A DNA stretch of 64,000 nucleotides from an uncultured delta proteobacterium (GTDB taxonomy: Bacteria; Myxococcota_A; UBA9160; SZUA-336): positions 224,001 to 288,000 of the forward strand of contig CAVPHD010000004.1 of assembly GCA_963704165.1 (NCBI GenBank), written 5' to 3'. Position 1 is the stretch's first letter; each line of letters begins with the position of its first letter. This document shows positions 9,669 through 19,640 of the stretch, one piece after another. Made by a program: the position numbers and the translations under genes. The notes beneath the pieces are model-generated. The model was not told where the DNA came from, made no database searches, and was given only the letters and a program-made list of their open reading frames with translations.

Positions 9669-10213
9669 CGTCCCCGATCCCGAAGCTTCACTTCAGCCAC
9701 CTCGGATTCCAGGTGCGCGACATCGACCGCATGATCGAGTTCTACACCGGTCAGCTCGGCTTCGTGCTCACCGACCGCGGGCACCTCGAGGTGCTGCCGG
9801 GAAAGCCGCAGATCGCCTTCCTCAGCCGTGACCCCGACGAACATCACCAGATCGCGCTGGTCGAAGGACGGCCGCCGACCGGCGAGGGAACGGTGAATCA
9901 GATCTCGTTCCGCGTCGATAGCCTCGCGGACTTGCGCGCGCTGCGCGCGCGCCTCGAGGCCGCGGGCGTGACGCGCTTCCTGCCGTTGAGCCACGGCAAT
10001 GCCTGGTCGGTCTACTTTCCGGACCCCGAGGGCAACGCAATCGAGTGTTTCGTGCCGAGCCCCTTTCACACGCGACAGCCGGTCGCGGACCCGCTCGATC
10101 TCTCGCTCAGCGACGAGGAGATCGTGGCGCAGACCGAAGCGAAGTACCGCAACTCACCCGACTTCCAGCCCCGCGCGAGCTGGCGCGCGGCCTTCGAGAA
10201 GCGGCTGGGCTGA
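9665..10213 (+). CDS. VOC/glyoxalase family protein
   Basis: FSHLG, DEHHQI, HGNAWSVYFPDPEGNAIE. Confidence 0.88.
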   Translation: MTSPIPKLHFSHLGFQVRDIDRMIEFYTGQLGFVLTDRGHLEVLPGKPQIAFLSRDPDEHHQIALVEGRPPTGEGTVNQISFRVDSLADLRALRARLEAAGVTRFLPLSHGNAWSVYFPDPEGNAIECFVPSPFHTRQPVADPLDLSLSDEEIVAQTEAKYRNSPDFQPRASWRAAFEKRLG

Positions 10214-10258
10214 CCTGCGCGCGCGGAGCCGGTAGATTGGCGGAGGGAGGACCGAGCC

Positions 10259-10760
10259 ATGAACCATGACATCGACCGAGCGCGAGGATCGATCAGTCGC
10301 CGCGAGATCCTGCTGGGAACGGCCGGACTCGCGACCGCGGCAGTCGCGATGAGGGTCTCTGCCGCCGAGGAGCACGCAGGCCACGCCGCCGGAGCCGAGC
10401 CGAAGTACTCCGAGGCCCAGGCGTACAAGAGACACGCAGCCGCCGTCGCGGCGGCGGAGAAATGCCTGAGCACCGGCCGCGCATGCCTGAGCCATTGCTT
10501 CGAGACGTTCGTCGCCGGCGACACGACGATGGCGAAGTGCGCGGCGTCCGTCGCGCAGATCGATCCGCGTCTGCGACGCATTTGCCTACCTCGCGGCGAA
10601 CGGCTCGAAGCAGCTCGCCCCGATGGCGCGTGCGTGCATCGCGGTCTGCGAGGACTGCGAGAAGGAGTGCCGCGTGCACGAGGACCACCAGCCCGAGTGC
10701 AAGGCCTGCGCGGATGCCTGTGCGGAGCTCGTCGTCGAGGCGAAGAAGCTGATCGCCTGA
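10259..10760 (+). CDS. Tat-exported four-helix-bundle copper storage protein (Csp1/2-like), frameshift near 10565
   Basis: SRREILL Tat motif; CLSTGRACLSHC, then in the shifted frame CIAVCEDCEKECRVHEDHQPECKACADAC. Confidence 0.85.
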
Positions 10761-11919
10761 TCAGAGCATCGCCTTCTCGGTGCCGATTCCGAGAAGCACG
10801 CGGCCGACGACTTCGAGCGTCGGCTCGGCGACCATGAGGTGTTGCGTGGCGACGTGCACGTCGCGGAAGCAGCGCGAGAGCGGGCTCGCGTCGTAGATCG
10901 CGGTGCCGCCCGCGGCCTGGTAGACCTGATCGACCGCATGGGCGGAGCGCCAGGTCGCGTGCGTGGCCGCGAGCCGCAGCAGCGCGCGCGCCTCGGTGTT
11001 CAGCGCTCCGCGCTGCGCGACCGCCCACACCTCGTCGAGCACCTCGAACAGGAACGCGCGCGCCGCGCGCAGCGAGGCCTCGGCATCCGCGACGGCGCGT
11101 TGCGCAAGCGGTCGGTTCGCGAGCGTGCGCGCGCTGCCCGTCGGCACCTTTCCGACGGCGAGCGCCAGGAACTCCTGGATCGCCCGGCGCGCGATCCCGA
11201 GCGACACCGACGTGACGCCGAGCGCGAGCAGTCCCAGCGTGGGGAACTGGAAGAGCGGCCCCTCGATGCGCGGGCGTCCGCCGAGCAGGACGGATCGGCC
11301 CTCGGGCACGAAGGCGTCGTTCACTTCGAAGTCGTGGCTTCCCGTGCCGCGCAGACCCGACGTGTGCCAGGTGTCGAGCACGCGGACCTGTCCGGGCTCG
11401 AAGAAGAACAGCCGTCGTCTCGCTGCCGGACGGCCCCGTCGCGGCAGTCTCGCCGTTCGCCTCGGCGACGACGCAACCGCCGGCGATCCAGTCGGAGTGG
11501 TGGATGCCGCTGGCGAACGGCCAGCTGCCGCGCACCACGTGGCCACCGGCGACGGGCCGCGCCACGCCGCCGGAACGCACGACGCCGCAGGTCGCGACGT
11601 TCGGATCCGAGCCGTAGATCTTGCGCGCCCATTCGTCGGGGAGCGAGCTCGCGAGCAGCCCGGTCGTCGCTCCGATCATCGTACACCAGCCGGTGGAGCC
11701 ATCGGCGCGACCGATCTCCTCGATCACGCGCACCACGTCGCGGACGTGACGCTCGCTGCCCCCGTAGCGCGCCGGGACGCAGACACGGAACAGGCCGGCC
11801 TCGGCCAGCTTCCGCGCCAGGTCGCGCGGGATCGCGCGCTGCACGTCTCCCTCTGCGGCCCGCTCCGAGATCAGATCCGCCAGACCCCGCGCTGCTTCGA
11901 ACTCCGGGCACTCATTCAT
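10761..11919 (-). CDS. Second HsaA-like flavin monooxygenase, frameshifted near 11420
   Basis: ADGSTGWC, GSWPFASGIHHSDW; shifted frame LDTWHTSGLRGTGSHD, RCFRDVHVATQH. Confidence 0.82.
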
Positions 11920-12907
11920 CGCGCGATCTTGATCCGTCGGTCGGTCCCCACGCAACCGGCGCCGAGTGCCGCAGCGCATCGATCCGCACGCGATGTGCGA
12001 TTCCGATCGGGCAGCTCTCCTCGCAGGCTCCGCAGCCGGTGCACGCGTCGAGGACGCTCCTCGGAATCGCGCGCGCGGCCGGATCGGAGCGCTGCGCGAG
12101 CAGCAGCCGCATCGGCGAGAGCGGATGCCCCTCGCGCGCGGGGGGCAGGCGACATCGCAGCGAGCGCAGCCGCTGCACGCGGCGAGCTGCAAACGCAGCC
12201 GCCACGGGAGTCGTCCACGCGCGTCGATCGCAGGAGGAACGGCGGGCTCGCGCGCATTCAGCAGGATCGAAAGCGGCGCGGCGAGAACGTGGCGAAGCCT
12301 CGTGAACGGGATCGCCGCGAGCAGCGCGGTGGCGGAGGCGATGTGAGCGACGTGGAGGACGCCGAAAGTCGCGGCACCCGCGAGTCCGGATCGCACGAAG
12401 AGCCGCGCGAGTGCGTGCCCGAGCCAGAGCTCGGCCTGCGCGTCGGCCGGCACGAGGGCGAGGCGTGCCCCTTCGACGAGAAATCCGCTCACGGGCACCG
12501 CCAGCAAGAGGACGAGCACGAGACCATCTCCGGGGAGGTCGACCTGCAACCGCTGCCAACGCCGCACGAAGCGGCGGTACAGGGCCATGGCCCCGCCGAG
12601 TGCCAAGGCCACTCCCGAGATCTCGCGCGTCAACGGAAGCCAGGCCTCGAGCGCGTGGAGAACGGCCGGCCGTGAAACGCCGGCGTGCGCCCAACGCTCG
12701 AGCGCCGTCGCCACGACGAGTCCCGCGGCGCCCCAGGACAGAAGCGAGTGCATCAGCGGTGCCCGCCAGCCTCCGCGGCGAATTCCGGACTGGACGATTG
12801 CGCGCTGCCAGAATTCGGTCGAGCGCGCCCCCCCGGCCCGGCGCGCTCAGCACCCGGGAGTCGATGATCCCGTCCCCGGTTCGAAAACCTGGTCCGTGTG
12901 CGAGCAC
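11912..12907 (-). CDS. Membrane Fe-S oxidoreductase (NarI-like TM region plus 2x[4Fe-4S]), frameshifted; start uncertain
   Basis: MHSLLSWG, SGFLVEGAR, IPFTRLRH, CSGCARCDVACP and CTGCGACEESCPIGIAH in different frames. Confidence 0.68.
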   Translation of the reverse strand: MLAHGPGFRTGDGIIDSRVLSAPGRGGALDRILAARNRPVRNSPRRLAGTADALASVLGRRGTRRGDGARALGARRRFTAGRSPRARGLASVDARDLGSGLGTRRGHGPVPPLRAALAAVAGRPPRRWSRARPLAGGARERISRRRGTPRPRAGRRAGRALARARTRAALRAIRTRGCRDFRRPPRRSHRLRHRAARGDPVHEASPRSRRAAFDPAECARARRSSCDRRAWTTPVAAAFAARRVQRLRSLRCRLPPAREGHPLSPMRLLLAQRSDPAARAIPRSVLDACTGCGACEESCPIGIAHRVRIDALRHSAPVAWGPTDGSRSRDE

Positions 12908-13086
12908 CGTTCAGCTTTCCGAACGCGGGATTTCCCCTTCGCGAGCGGCCGTCTTCCGGCCCCGCGTCCGGTGCGCCCGAGGGAGCGTTCGAATCGTCGA
13001 ACCGGGGCGCGGGTGGCTCGGATCAGCACTTCGAAAAACCTCAGCATCTTCAACCGGTTTCGTGTGTCGCGAAATCGAGATCCCAA

Positions 13087-13102
13087 CGGCAAGCAACTTG
13101 CA
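13087..13102 (+). promoter_or_regulatory. Sigma54 (-24/-12) promoter for the WD40 genes
   Basis: CGGCAAGCAACTTGCA = GG-N10-GC with TTGC, about 50 bp before the GGAGGA RBS and GTG. Confidence 0.65.
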
Positions 13103-13153
13103 TTCCGACCCGGCTTGCGGCCGTGGGGATCGCGATGGGGATGGGAGGAACGT

Positions 13154-14968
13154 GTGGAGATTCGTGCATCGGAGGACGCGGCGGCCGGACACTCCGCGCC
13201 AACGTGGATGGTGAGCTGGAGCCCCGACGGGACGACGCTCGCGTCGAGCTCCGAGGATGGCTCGGTGATTCTCTGGGACGCGCGAACGGGCGCTCCGCTC
13301 CGGCGGCTCTCTGGACACGACCGCGCCGTCTGGTCGGTCACGTGGCGCCCGGACGGGAGACGCCTGGCGACGGGCAGCGACGACGGGACCGCGGCGATCT
13401 GGGATCCGGCCGACGGCCGGCGCGTTCACGTGCTCACCGGTCATGCGGCCGGGGTCTGGGCGACCGGCTGGAGTGCCGACGGCCGACGGCTCGTCACGGG
13501 CGCGAGTGACTCGCGAATGTGTGTCTGGAACGGTGACAGCGGCGAGCTCGTCGCCGTGATCGAAGATCACCCGGCACTGCCGAAGGATGCGCGCTTCTCG
13601 CCCGACGGTCGCTGGCTCGCGACCTGTTGCGACGACCACCGGGTGCGCATCTTCGACGCGACGAACTTCACGCTGACGTGCGAGCTCGAAGGCCACACGC
13701 ATCACGTCAACACCGTCGATTGGACCCCGGATTCGCGATTCGTGGTGAGCGCTTCACACGACCGCACCGTGCGCGTCTGGGACGCGCTCGAACACCGACC
13801 GGTCCGCACGATCGAAGCCCACGAGGACGACATCGACGCCGCCAGCGTTTCTCCCGACGGGCGGCTGATTGCGAGCGCGGGGCACGATCGCGACCTGCGC
13901 GTGTGGGATCTTGCGACGGGCCGGCGCGTCGCCAGCCTCGCCGGGCACACGGACGAGATCGAGTGGGTTTCGTGGTCGCCCGACGGCCGACGTCTGGCCA
14001 CCACGTCGATCGACGCCCGGGTCCGGATCTACGACTTCGAACGCCGCGAGCTGCAGCACGTTCTGCCCGGACGCAATCGCTCGGTGTCGCGCGTGCGGGT
14101 CGCGCCCGGCGGTGAACGCATCGCCATCGCCGGAGCCGATCGATCGCTGCGCGTGCTCGACGGCTCGGGCGCGCCGATCGAAGCGCTCGACGACGTGCAC
14201 CCGAAGGCCGTCAAGGGAATGGAATGGTCGCCCGACGGTCAGCGCCTCGCGACCACGTCGCTCGACGGGGGTGTCGCCGTCTGGGAGTCGAGCCCGAGCG
14301 GCGTCGATTCCGTTCCGACGCGTTTCCAGCTCCCCGTCGGTGTCTATGCCGTGACCTGGTCACCCGACGGGCGGCGCCTGGCGGTAGGATTGGAGGACGG
14401 CGCGGTCGAGGTTCTCGACGCGCGAAGCGGGTCGAGGATCCGCAGCTTCCGCGATCACGACGAGCCGGTCTACTGCGTGGCCTGGTCGCCGGACGGCGAG
14501 TGGATCGCGTCGGCCTCGCGCGACGCCACGGTGGGAATGCACTCCGATCGCGACGACCGCCGCATCGAGTGTCGCGGACATACCGACCTTCTCTTCTCCA
14601 CGACCTGGTCGCCCGACGGCCGGCTGCTCGCGTCGAGCTCGCGCGACCGCACGACCCGAATCTGGGATCTCGACGGACGCTGCCTTCGGGTGCTCGACGG
14701 GCACGCGCTCAGCGTCTGGGACGCGCGCTTCTCGCTCGATGGAAAGCGCATCGCGTCGTGCTCCTTCGACGCCACGATCCGCGTCTACGACGTGGTCACG
14801 GGCGAGTCACTCGCTTGTCTGCACGGGCACACGCGCCAGGTCTCCAGCATCGACTGGGGCCCCGACGGGAGGCTGTGGAGCGGCAGCCGCGACGGGACCT
14901 GTCGCGTGTGGGACCTCGATCGCGGGACCCACGAGGTGCGAATTCCGAATCCGACGGAGATCTCATGA
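13154..14968 (+). CDS. WD40 repeat protein (about 14 repeats)
   Basis: Repeated GH...V..V.WSPDG..LA....D...R.WD; GGAGGA RBS before GTG 13154. Confidence 0.9.
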   Translation: MEIRASEDAAAGHSAPTWMVSWSPDGTTLASSSEDGSVILWDARTGAPLRRLSGHDRAVWSVTWRPDGRRLATGSDDGTAAIWDPADGRRVHVLTGHAAGVWATGWSADGRRLVTGASDSRMCVWNGDSGELVAVIEDHPALPKDARFSPDGRWLATCCDDHRVRIFDATNFTLTCELEGHTHHVNTVDWTPDSRFVVSASHDRTVRVWDALEHRPVRTIEAHEDDIDAASVSPDGRLIASAGHDRDLRVWDLATGRRVASLAGHTDEIEWVSWSPDGRRLATTSIDARVRIYDFERRELQHVLPGRNRSVSRVRVAPGGERIAIAGADRSLRVLDGSGAPIEALDDVHPKAVKGMEWSPDGQRLATTSLDGGVAVWESSPSGVDSVPTRFQLPVGVYAVTWSPDGRRLAVGLEDGAVEVLDARSGSRIRSFRDHDEPVYCVAWSPDGEWIASASRDATVGMHSDRDDRRIECRGHTDLLFSTTWSPDGRLLASSSRDRTTRIWDLDGRCLRVLDGHALSVWDARFSLDGKRIASCSFDATIRVYDVVTGESLACLHGHTRQVSSIDWGPDGRLWSGSRDGTCRVWDLDRGTHEVRIPNPTEIS

Positions 14969-16816
14969 GACCGGACGATCGACCGTCGGAAGGCGCTGCG
15001 CACGTCGCGCCGATCAGCTGCGCGACGGTATCGGCCGACGCGCGCTGGATCGCGTCCGGAAGTTACGACGCGACGATCCGAATCTGGGACGCGACGACGG
15101 GAAGCGTGGTCCGCGTGATCGAAGCGACGAGTCTCGTGAACGGGATCGACTTCTCGCCGGACGGGCGCTTCATCGCGAGCGGAGAGTGCGATCACGTGGC
15201 GTACCTCCGCGACGTCGAGAACGGGGAGCACGCTCCGCGACGCTGCGCGGTCACACCGATGACGTGAACACCGTCGCGTTCTCGCCCGACGGCAGGAGCC
15301 TGGCGACGGCGAGCTTCGACGACACCGCGCGGATCTGGGATTTGGAGAGCGGCGCTTGCCTGCACGTACTCGCGGGGCACGCCGACGACGTCAACGGCGT
15401 GCACTGGAGCCCCGACGGCAGCACTCGTCTCCACCGCCTCCGACGACGGCACCGCGCGCCTGTGGGAAGCCGAGACCGGCAAGCAGCTCGCGGTTCTCGA
15501 AGGCGCGCAGGACTGGTGCGATCAAGCCCCGTTCTCGCCCGACGGCCGCCACATTCTGTGCTCGTCGATGGACGGACGTGCGCGGATCTTCTCCGTGCCC
15601 GATGGCCGACTCGTGCGCGTGCTGGCGGACCACGGCGGCCCGGTGAAGGCAGCGGCGCTGGAGCCGCGACGGGCGTCGAATCTGCACGGCGAGCTACGAC
15701 CATCGCCTTCGCGAGTTCGTCGCACGAATTCGGGAGAGCTGCTCCGCGAGACCTCGAGCGCGTGGATGTGGACTCGGACCATCACCGAGATCGGCACCGG
15801 GCGCGGCTGGGTCACCGGCTCGTTCGAAGGTGCGCCGATCGTCTGGAGTCCCGACGGCGAAGCGCAGGGGCTCGTCGCGGCGCCGACGCACGGCGCGGGC
15901 GCCGCGGCGGTCTCGCCCGACGAACGCCTCGTCGCGGTTCCGTCCGACGACGGCTTCACCGGCGTGTATCGATTCGAAGACGGCGTGCGCGTGGCTTCGC
16001 TTCGCGGTCACGCCGGTCCGCCGATCTGCGCCGCCTTCTCGCCCGACGGTCGCCGCCTCGCCACCGGCATCCTGGGACGACTCCGTCGCGGTCCACGACA
16101 CCGCGAGCTTCGAGCTCGTGACGCGGATCCGGGGCCTGAACGACATCGTCTGTGCGCTCGCGTTCTCGGCAGACGGACGGGAGATCGTCACCGCGCATTA
16201 CTCCGGCGCCGTGGTTCGATGGGATGCCTCGAGCGGGCAGATCATGGGCCTGCTCACCTCACACCATGGATCGGCGAAGGCGCTCTGCCTCGGCCCGGAC
16301 GGCAGCTACCTGAGCGCCGGGCGAGACGGAGCCGTTCATCGCAGTCACGGGACCGGGGCTCCGACACGCTGGTCGCTCGCGCGAACGATCGTGAACGGCG
16401 TCGCGCTCGATCCCGCCGGACGACGATTCGTGACCGGCTCGCGCGACCACGGAGTCCGCGTTCACGATGTCGTGACGGGTGACGTGCTCGCCTCCTACGA
16501 CGGTCACGAATGCTCGGTCAAGACGGTGGCGTGGTCGTGCGATGGGACGCGCGTGGCCGCGGGCTACTACGACGGCTGCGTGCTGCTCTGGGAGCCGGAG
16601 AGCGGACGTGCGCGCGTGGTGTCACCCGTGAACGGCCATTCGGTGAGTCAGGTGACGTTCAAGAGCGACGGCGGGCTCGTGATCTCGTCCTGGAATCCGA
16701 CCGGCGAGATCGCGGTGACCGATGCCGACGGGATCGTGCGCGCGACCTTCGGAGGCACCGGGCATTCACTGGAGCGAAGCGTCGGAACGTGCCTGTCCGC
16801 GTCGGACGCGGCCTAG
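14965..16816 (+). CDS. Second WD40 repeat protein, several frameshifts
   Basis: ATGA overlap with the previous gene; WD repeats distributed over three frames. Confidence 0.78.
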
Positions 16817-16823
16817 CGCAGCG

Positions 16824-17489
16824 TCAGGTCCCCGCGTCCTCGCCGCCACGGGCGATCCTCTCGAGCTCGGGCCGATCGACGATTCGCACCCAGCCGACGC
16901 CGCCCTCGATCCAGCCGGCCTTCTCGAAACGCCGAAGCACGCGGATCGCGGTCTCGACGGTCGTACCGGCGGACTCGCCGAGCACGCGCCGCGTGGTCTC
17001 GATGCGATCATCCTCGGCCGTTTCGAGCAGGGCGCGCGCCATCCGTGCCGTGACGCTGTCGTGCGCGAACGAGCAGAGCCGATCGTGCGCCCGCTGCAGC
17101 CGCGTGGCGACGATCGCGAGAAGCGCGCGACTCACGTCGGGGTTCTTGTCCATGAGCGAAATCACGACGCGCCGGGGCACGCACCAGGCCTCGGAGGCGG
17201 TGACCGCCTGGGTGCTCTCGGTATAGGCGGCGTCCGCGCTCAGCGAGGCCATCCCGAACGGATCGCCCGGGTGCAGCGTCTCGAGGGTGATCACGCGCCC
17301 CGATGCGCTGGCCTTCAGCGCGCGGACCTCCCCGCTGCGCATGGTCCAGAAGCGCGCCGCGGGCTCCCCCTCGTGGTACAGGTAACGGCCTTCCGCGAAC
17401 TTCTTGAGGGTCAGGTAGGGCCGGAGCTGGTCGATCTTGGGCAGGAAGATCTTGTAGAGGGAGGTCTTCTCCAGCGGCGTCGACTTCAC
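16824..17489 (-). CDS. Crp/Fnr family transcriptional regulator
   Basis: cNMP-binding barrel (LYHEGEPA, GDPFG) plus HTH GTTVETAIRVLRRF; probable GTG start 17489. Confidence 0.9.
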   Translation of the reverse strand: MKSTPLEKTSLYKIFLPKIDQLRPYLTLKKFAEGRYLYHEGEPAARFWTMRSGEVRALKASASGRVITLETLHPGDPFGMASLSADAAYTESTQAVTASEAWCVPRRVVISLMDKNPDVSRALLAIVATRLQRAHDRLCSFAHDSVTARMARALLETAEDDRIETTRRVLGESAGTTVETAIRVLRRFEKAGWIEGGVGWVRIVDRPELERIARGGEDAGT

Positions 17490-17530
17490 GTCGGGCCCCC
17501 GGCGGGGCGCAGACAGCGCGAGGCGACGGT

Positions 17531-17574
17531 TATGACAGGCGTCATACGGCACATCCTCGCACACTGTTTACACT
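17531..17574 (+). promoter_or_regulatory. Crp/Fnr box TATGAC-N4-GTCATA with -10 TACACT (class II geometry)
   Basis: TATGAC-AGGC-GTCATA centred about 42 bp before the predicted +1; TACACT at 17569-17574. Confidence 0.7.
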
Positions 17575-17583
17575 GAATTTCTG

Positions 17584-18008
17584 ATGGCGGAAAAGCGCGC
17601 GGGCGAACTCGCCGTTCGAGAGAACCTCGATCGATGGTGGGAGGAGCACAGCGAACTCGACCGGCTGGTCGCGGCGCTGGAGGAGTCGCTGAACGGGGGC
17701 CGGATCGAGGCGAACCGCGGCGCGCTCGACGAGCTGGCGGCGGCCTTCGAGTCCCACTTCGACGTCGAGGAGCGCGTCTATTTCCCCTGATCGAGCGCTT
17801 CTCGCCCGAGCACTCCGTGAGCGTGCGAGCGGCGCGCCTTGCGCATTCGAAGGTCGCGGAGACCCTCGAGAGCCTGCGCGCCCTGATCGAGCACGGAGAC
17901 CTCCCCGAGGCCCGCAGCGTGCTTGCTTTCCTGCTCGACAACTTCCGCACCCACGAAGCGGCAGAAGCCAAGCTCATCGCCGCACTCGAGCGCAGTCGGG
18001 CCTCCTGA
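17584..18008 (+). CDS. Hemerythrin domain protein, frameshift near 17785
   Basis: EEHSELD, HFDVEERVYFP then LAHSKV, THEAAE. Confidence 0.75.
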
Positions 18009-18054
18009 CGTCCCGGTCGTGCGTGCCGGTCCGGGTCGCTGGTAGCATGCCCGG

Positions 18055-19497
18055 ATGGACGACCTGACGTACGCGACCGCGGGCGAGCTCGCGCGCAAGA
18101 TCCGAAACAAGGAGCTCGGCTCCCTCGAGCTGACCGATCACTTCATCGCACGGATCGAACGGATCGACGCCGAGCTGAACGCCGTGGTCGTGCGCGACTT
18201 CGAGCGCGCACGCGCGGCCGCGCGTGCAGCCGACGCGGCGCCCCGAAGCGACGCCCCGCTGCACGGGGTGCCGATGACGATCAAGGAGTCGTACGACATC
18301 GCGGGTCTGCCGACGACCTGGGGATTCCCGATCTTCAAGGGCAACGTCGCGGCGACGGACGCGCAGGCGGTTCAGGCGTTCAAGCAGGCCGGTGCGGTGT
18401 TCATGGGGAAGACGAACGTTCCCCTCGGCCTCGCCGACTTCCAGAGCTACAACGAGATCTACGGCACGACCCGAAACCCCTGGGACCTCGCTCGGAGTCC
18501 CGGTGGCTCGTCCGGTGGAGCGGCGGCAGCGCTGGCGTCGGGGATGACCCCGCTCGAGTGCGGCTCCGACATCGGTGGGTCGATCCGGAACCCCGCCCAC
18601 TACTGCGGCGTGTACGGACACAAACCGACCTGGGGAATCGTGCCGCCGCAGGGACACGCGCTTCCCGGAATGGTCGCTGCGTCCGACATCGCGGTCTGCG
18701 GTCCCCTCGCGCGCAGCGCGGAAGATCTGCGTCTGGCGCTGGACGTGCTCGTCCGGCCGGAGCCCCTCGACCGACGTGGCTGGCGGATGCACCTGCCCGC
18801 GCCGACGAAGACCGCGCTTCGCGACTTCCGGGTCGCCATCTGGCCGACCGACGCTCGCGCACCGGTGACCTCCGAGATTGCCGACCGCGCGGCCCGAATC
18901 GGTGACATGCTCGCGCGTCGCGGCGCCAGGGTGTCGGATTCGGCCCGGCCCGAGATCGATCCCGGACTGGCGAACATCACCTACCTGAACCTGCTCAACT
19001 CGATCATCGGTGCGGGCGTCCCGCCCGAGATCTACGCGCGATCGCAGGCGCTCGCGGCGCAGACCGACCCGAACGATCTCTCCGATCCGGCCGTGATGGC
19101 GCGCGCCGCCGTCCTGAGCCACGCCGACTGGCTCCGGGCCGACAATGCGCGGGAGCTGCTCCGCTACGCCTGGCGGAAGTTCTTCGACGAGTGGGACGTT
19201 CTGATCTGCCCGCAGGTCGCCACGCCGGCCTTCGAGCACGACCACGCTCCAATCGATCAGCGCGTTCTCGAGGTCGATGGGGAGGAGCAGCGCTATTTCC
19301 AGCAGCTCTTCTGGGCGGGGCTGATCACCGGTCCGTACCTGCCAAGCACGGTGTTCCCGACGGGTCTCTCGGTCTCGGGCCTGCCGATCGGGCTTCAGGC
19401 CGTCGGCGCCGAGTACGACGACCTGATCACGATCGACTTCACCCGGCTCGTCGCGCAGGAGATCGGCGGCTTCGTGCCGCCACCGGCGTACCGCTAG
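18055..19497 (+). CDS. Amidase signature family protein
   Basis: LHGVPMTIKE, GKTNVP, GGSSGGAAAA, GSDIGGSIRNPA. Confidence 0.95.
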   Translation: MDDLTYATAGELARKIRNKELGSLELTDHFIARIERIDAELNAVVVRDFERARAAARAADAAPRSDAPLHGVPMTIKESYDIAGLPTTWGFPIFKGNVAATDAQAVQAFKQAGAVFMGKTNVPLGLADFQSYNEIYGTTRNPWDLARSPGGSSGGAAAALASGMTPLECGSDIGGSIRNPAHYCGVYGHKPTWGIVPPQGHALPGMVAASDIAVCGPLARSAEDLRLALDVLVRPEPLDRRGWRMHLPAPTKTALRDFRVAIWPTDARAPVTSEIADRAARIGDMLARRGARVSDSARPEIDPGLANITYLNLLNSIIGAGVPPEIYARSQALAAQTDPNDLSDPAVMARAAVLSHADWLRADNARELLRYAWRKFFDEWDVLICPQVATPAFEHDHAPIDQRVLEVDGEEQRYFQQLFWAGLITGPYLPSTVFPTGLSVSGLPIGLQAVGAEYDDLITIDFTRLVAQEIGGFVPPPAYR

Positions 19498-19640
19498 ACA
19501 CGTCGTCGTTCCGAGCGGGTGGAAGTTGGAACACTTCGTGTTGACTTCTCCCCACCCGATGCTCACGCTGCGCCGTGCTCGCGGTGGTTTTGACGGTGGA
19601 GTCGGACGCGTTCCCGATCTTCGGTCGGGCGCGGGAGGTC

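Noticed and set aside
10066..12753. 895-aa Fe-S/monooxygenase fusion ORF
   Set aside because: Read-through created by frameshifts; the Fe-S gene stop (11912) and the monooxygenase ATG (11919) are separate
13154..16816. WD40 repeats as a CRISPR array or a NACHT-type defence system
   Set aside because: The repeats are degenerate protein-coding units; no NTPase, effector or cas gene is present
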